Source: Rhynchopus sp. YZ270_cl-10 (lineage: Eukaryota). From it: 64,000 nt of DNA. The notes beneath the pieces were generated by a model that worked only from the letters and a program-made list of their open reading frames with translations, searched no databases and was not told where the DNA came from. The DNA lies in contig OZ037834.1 of NCBI GenBank assembly GCA_964035575.1, positions 2,046,001-2,110,000 on the forward strand. Direction: 5' to 3'. This document shows positions 60,179-64,000 of this stretch, piece after piece. The position numbers were made by a program, and so were the translations under genes. Numbering within the stretch: position 1 is the first letter of the stretch; every line of letters begins with the position of its first letter.

Positions 60179-60960
60179 GTTCCCCAATGAGAACGAGACC
60201 ACACGGATCGATTCTGTCTTGTGCATGAACATAAAAACCAACAACACAAATCTATATTACGCCACACCCTCTTCCGGCCATGGACCTGCCTACGGAAACG
60301 TAGAGTAGCGATCTTCGGATGTGCGGTGTTTTCCTTCTTTATAAGTGACTACTAAAAAACTGTACCTGCAAAACGGCATACAAACACAGCTCGTTTCTCT
60401 TTTTCGAGCACCTTTCCCCCCCATTCATCCCTTTGCTTTCCCCATTCCACTGTGATACGTTGTGCTCTGAACTGCTTTAAATCCAGACCACAGCAATCGC
60501 AGTCTACCGATTTTTTCTCCCCCTCCTTTTTTGCTCGATTTTCTCTCTTCGAGGTTCCATTAAAACAATTTTCATTGGCCTTTATTTTTTTTGACGCAGA
60601 GACCAGCAAAAACACACAAACCCCCCTCTCTCCCTCTCTCTCCTTTTTTTACGAACCACATTTTCACAACATTTTTGACACCTCTTTTGGCGTAGATAAG
60701 AAGCGTTCTTAGCTTCAAAAATCATTCACCCCCCACAACCTCTATGTTTGCAACCTCACACCCTACCTCAGAAACGACACACACACACACCACTCTACAC
60801 CTCAATTTTCATTTTCCTCTTTTACCTTGCATTCTGTTAACCTCTTGCTCTGCCATCATACCCCCGACTCTAACAAAAAAAACAAGAGCACAAAGCAAAC
60901 CAAAAAACTTCATAAAAACCCATTCAAAATACCCCCGACTCTAAAAGAAACTATCAAAAA

Positions 60961-63144
60961 ATGGGGTGTACAGAGTCACGCCACTCAGCCCCTCCACAAT
61001 CCCCCGCTACGCCGTGTACTCCTAATAGGGGGAATGAGGGGACGTCTCCAAGGGAGAGTGGAGAGGACACTGCGCTGATGTGCTACTGTCGTGGTGTGGA
61101 GAAGAAGGATGGGGGGGATTACCACGGTGCTCGCACACTGCTTGAAGCGGCCCGCAGTTTGCAGGAACAATCCTCAAAGAATGATGATCTTGCAAACACT
61201 TACTTAACGTTAGCTTCCGTGCATTGCTCTCTTGGTGATACAGCTTCTGCTTTGGTTTTATATGACAAAGCGATTCTCATTCAGGAAGACATCTCCAGTC
61301 CTCTTCTTGCAGAAACCTATACCAAGACAGCATCGCTTTATCATGACAGTGGGGATCTCACTAAAGCGTTATCCTTATATGAAAAGGCGCTGGACAAACA
61401 AAAAGACGACCCTCTTCGATCAAATCTGTACCAACACATTGCGTCTATCTACGATGGAATGGGGGATTCCGATGGTGCATTATCAAATTATCAAAAAGCG
61501 CAAAGTATTCTGGAGAATGGAGTCAAAGGACTGGAATTGGCGAAGGTATACCACAATATAGCTTGGCAGTTAGAAGGAAAAGGGGACTTTGATGGGGCGC
61601 ATGAAATGAATGAAAATGCTTTATCAATTCGAGCAGGGTGTGGACCACATGGAGAAGACATGGCGGAGTCCTACGAAGCAAAGAGCAGACACGAAGAACG
61701 CTGTGGTAATATCGCCTCTGCGTTGACCAATCACCTCGCTGCGTTGTCAATTCACCTCCGCGAATGGGTTCCACTCCACCCGAGGCTTCCTGTAGAACAC
61801 AACCGCACTGCAGAACTGATGATTCGTCTCCAACGCTACTCCGAAGCTCTTTCCCATGCAGACAAAGCGATCCTTGCGGATACTTCTTTTAAGGTCCCTT
61901 ATCATACAAAAGGGATGGCTTTATTTAAATTAGGGAGAATCCAAGATGCGGTGTCCTGCTTTAACACTGCGTTAGAAAAGGACAGTGGGTATGCAGATGC
62001 ATTGATAAGCAAGATGGAAGCTTTGGAAGAAGTTCCTGTAGACACCTTATGGTTGGAAGAGGAGCTGACCAGCGCATTAATTGCGAAGGAAAAGCTGCGG
62101 CCAACGGATTACAACGCAACGTACGTTCTTCGCATGGCAGCGGCAGCGAAGGCACTCCACGTTGATTTGTCCGGAACGTTTCATAGTATGAGCATCAATG
62201 AAAAATACCATGCAGGGGAACCAACAAGCAATGCTGCACTAAAGGAGAGGGTTGCGGTGTTGGAGGACCTCTTAGAAGCGACACAGAAGACTGTAAAGTA
62301 CAATGAAGAGCGAATTTGCGCAGTAGAAGAAAGAGTGACGGCAACCGAAGTAGCGCAGGCAGTTTTTGAAGGAGAGCTGTTAGGGTTACGATGGACACAA
62401 GACACGATGCAGCAGGCTGTCGAGGACGCAGAGCACACATTAACAGATTTGGTGTTACGTGACGCTCACCGTCTCGAAGCTGAAGAGACCCTCCGCAAAG
62501 TAGAGGATTTCAATGCAAATGCGGATCTTCGGCATTTCTATGGTGCGGTCTCCTCCGAGCTTGCCGCAGCCTTTTCCGCTTCGGTCGCACTCCACAGTGG
62601 AGAAATTAGCAAACGAGGCGACCGCTATGAGTCCATCTTCTTTTATGCCAGGCAGCTCACTTCGTTGGTTCCTTTAGTAGGGCAGCTGGTAGCGATTGTG
62701 ATTACCCGAGGCGCGAAATTTATTAGAAACGTCGAAAATGGACGGCGTTTGCAAGAAGTGGAGCGGCTTCTGGACCTCAACCTTTCACCTCTGCAGCATA
62801 GCAACATCAGTGTCAGGGTTGGGGTGCTGCTCACGGAACGTTACTATGATAAGATCGTTGCGCTGAAAGGGGAAAAGGTGCCAAATGGCTTATTCGACCG
62901 TATCAAGGACGACGGCATGCTTGGTGCATTCATCAAGAAGAATGAAACCATCGCAAAGGTGCAAGGGCGCCTAGCGGCGCTGGAGATCATCAACAATCTG
63001 ATGGAGGAGGCCGTGGCAGAGAACCTCTGTGTGCAACGGTATCGGCAGTGCCCGGCGGATGTGGATAAATGGGTGGCGGAGCAGTTTGTGTTGTTCGAGG
63101 GGAAGGGGGAGGAGGAGGATGAAGAGGAGGAGGAGGAGGGTTAG
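60961..63144 (+). CDS. TPR-repeat and coiled-coil protein with N-terminal MGC acylation motif, 727 aa
   Basis: Repeated LAxTYxxLAxxxxxxGDxxxALxxYxKA TPR units. Coiled coil near aa 425-510. Acidic C-terminus. Confidence 0.88.
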   Translation: MGCTESRHSAPPQSPATPCTPNRGNEGTSPRESGEDTALMCYCRGVEKKDGGDYHGARTLLEAARSLQEQSSKNDDLANTYLTLASVHCSLGDTASALVLYDKAILIQEDISSPLLAETYTKTASLYHDSGDLTKALSLYEKALDKQKDDPLRSNLYQHIASIYDGMGDSDGALSNYQKAQSILENGVKGLELAKVYHNIAWQLEGKGDFDGAHEMNENALSIRAGCGPHGEDMAESYEAKSRHEERCGNIASALTNHLAALSIHLREWVPLHPRLPVEHNRTAELMIRLQRYSEALSHADKAILADTSFKVPYHTKGMALFKLGRIQDAVSCFNTALEKDSGYADALISKMEALEEVPVDTLWLEEELTSALIAKEKLRPTDYNATYVLRMAAAAKALHVDLSGTFHSMSINEKYHAGEPTSNAALKERVAVLEDLLEATQKTVKYNEERICAVEERVTATEVAQAVFEGELLGLRWTQDTMQQAVEDAEHTLTDLVLRDAHRLEAEETLRKVEDFNANADLRHFYGAVSSELAAAFSASVALHSGEISKRGDRYESIFFYARQLTSLVPLVGQLVAIVITRGAKFIRNVENGRRLQEVERLLDLNLSPLQHSNISVRVGVLLTERYYDKIVALKGEKVPNGLFDRIKDDGMLGAFIKKNETIAKVQGRLAALEIINNLMEEAVAENLCVQRYRQCPADVDKWVAEQFVLFEGKGEEEDEEEEEEG

Positions 63145-64000
63145 GAGATTATCTCGTACATCCATGTATCGTTGTATAGATCTAGTTTATTGTTGGTGAG
63201 CAAATGATGGATTGGATAATTATTAGGCGTTTTTTTTTTGAGGCTAATGGGATTCAGATTTTGTTTGTTAGCGTATGAATTTTGCTTTTTTTTTTGATGT
63301 GTGTGTTGTGAGGAAATCAGGTATATTGGGTCCTTCCTGTGTGGAATGTGGCTTTTTTTTTTTCCCTTCCGTGCCTGCGTCCACAGAGGTGTTTGCACTT
63401 CAACTGCCATTAGTTTGGTGTTCCAAGCCATGCTCGTCTATTTTATCAATTCACCTTTTCTTAGGGTGTGCTGCCGCCACTGTTTTCATTAGAACTGTGA
63501 GGTGTTTCAACCACCGTGCGGGGAAGGCATTCATCTTCGAAGTGGTGACTCGGCTTAGGTTCATCTTGCAAACGTTTCCTTGAAGCTTTTTTCGTGTGTA
63601 TATGCTCAGGTCTTATAGTGCAACCAACGTACGAGAGAGGGGAGGAAAAGGTCCGCATAAAAAAAATCACCCTGTAACGACCTTCATTCCCTTTTCATTT
63701 GATGTATTTTATTTTTGTTTCAGGTTTGTTTCTGCTCCATTTTTATTTTATTGCCGAAAAAATGGCATCTTTTTCCACAAAAAAAATAAACGCGAATCAG
63801 AGATTTCTCACAGGATTTTTTTTTCATATTTTTGTATTTTAATTCGGTCCCCCTCTCAGGGTGCGTAATAAGGAAGGTGGCCTGGGGTCTGGGGTCTGGG
63901 CTTTTGGGTTTTGGGGGGTTTTTATGGTAATTTTTGTCATTTACCCTTGTATTGGGTTCATATTTTGTGAAAATTTTAGTCATTAAAATTTTGTCCATTT

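Overview
Eukaryotic (protist) genomic DNA. Twelve supportable protein genes all lie on the + strand, some with short GT-AG introns, separated by poly(T)/poly(A)-rich spacers. This layout suggests a euglenozoan, possibly a diplonemid (inference, not proven). The genes encode a four-domain EEEE voltage-gated Ca2+ channel with a spliced IQ-motif exon, a PCIF1-like N6-adenine methyltransferase, a secreted multicopper oxidase split by one in-frame TAG, two paralogous Cys-rich surface proteins (one GPI-like, one with a long EGF-like stalk and TM helix), Sm D2, an acylated TPR protein and several hypotheticals. The spacers hold many non-autonomous DNA transposons with readable TIRs/TSDs (hAT-, piggyBac-, Harbinger-, Tc1/mariner- and CACTA-like, plus a TG..CA element), a decayed 28S rRNA fragment and a tandem array of candidate single-hairpin AGA snoRNAs. 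The most unusual signal is at least six families of 30-90 nt hairpin modules, about 40 copies by eye. They occur in introns and intergenic spacers, never in coding exons, and every copy I found is in the transcribed orientation, with G-U pairs, a compensatory change and variable loops. They look like a dispersed RNA-level cis-element system.
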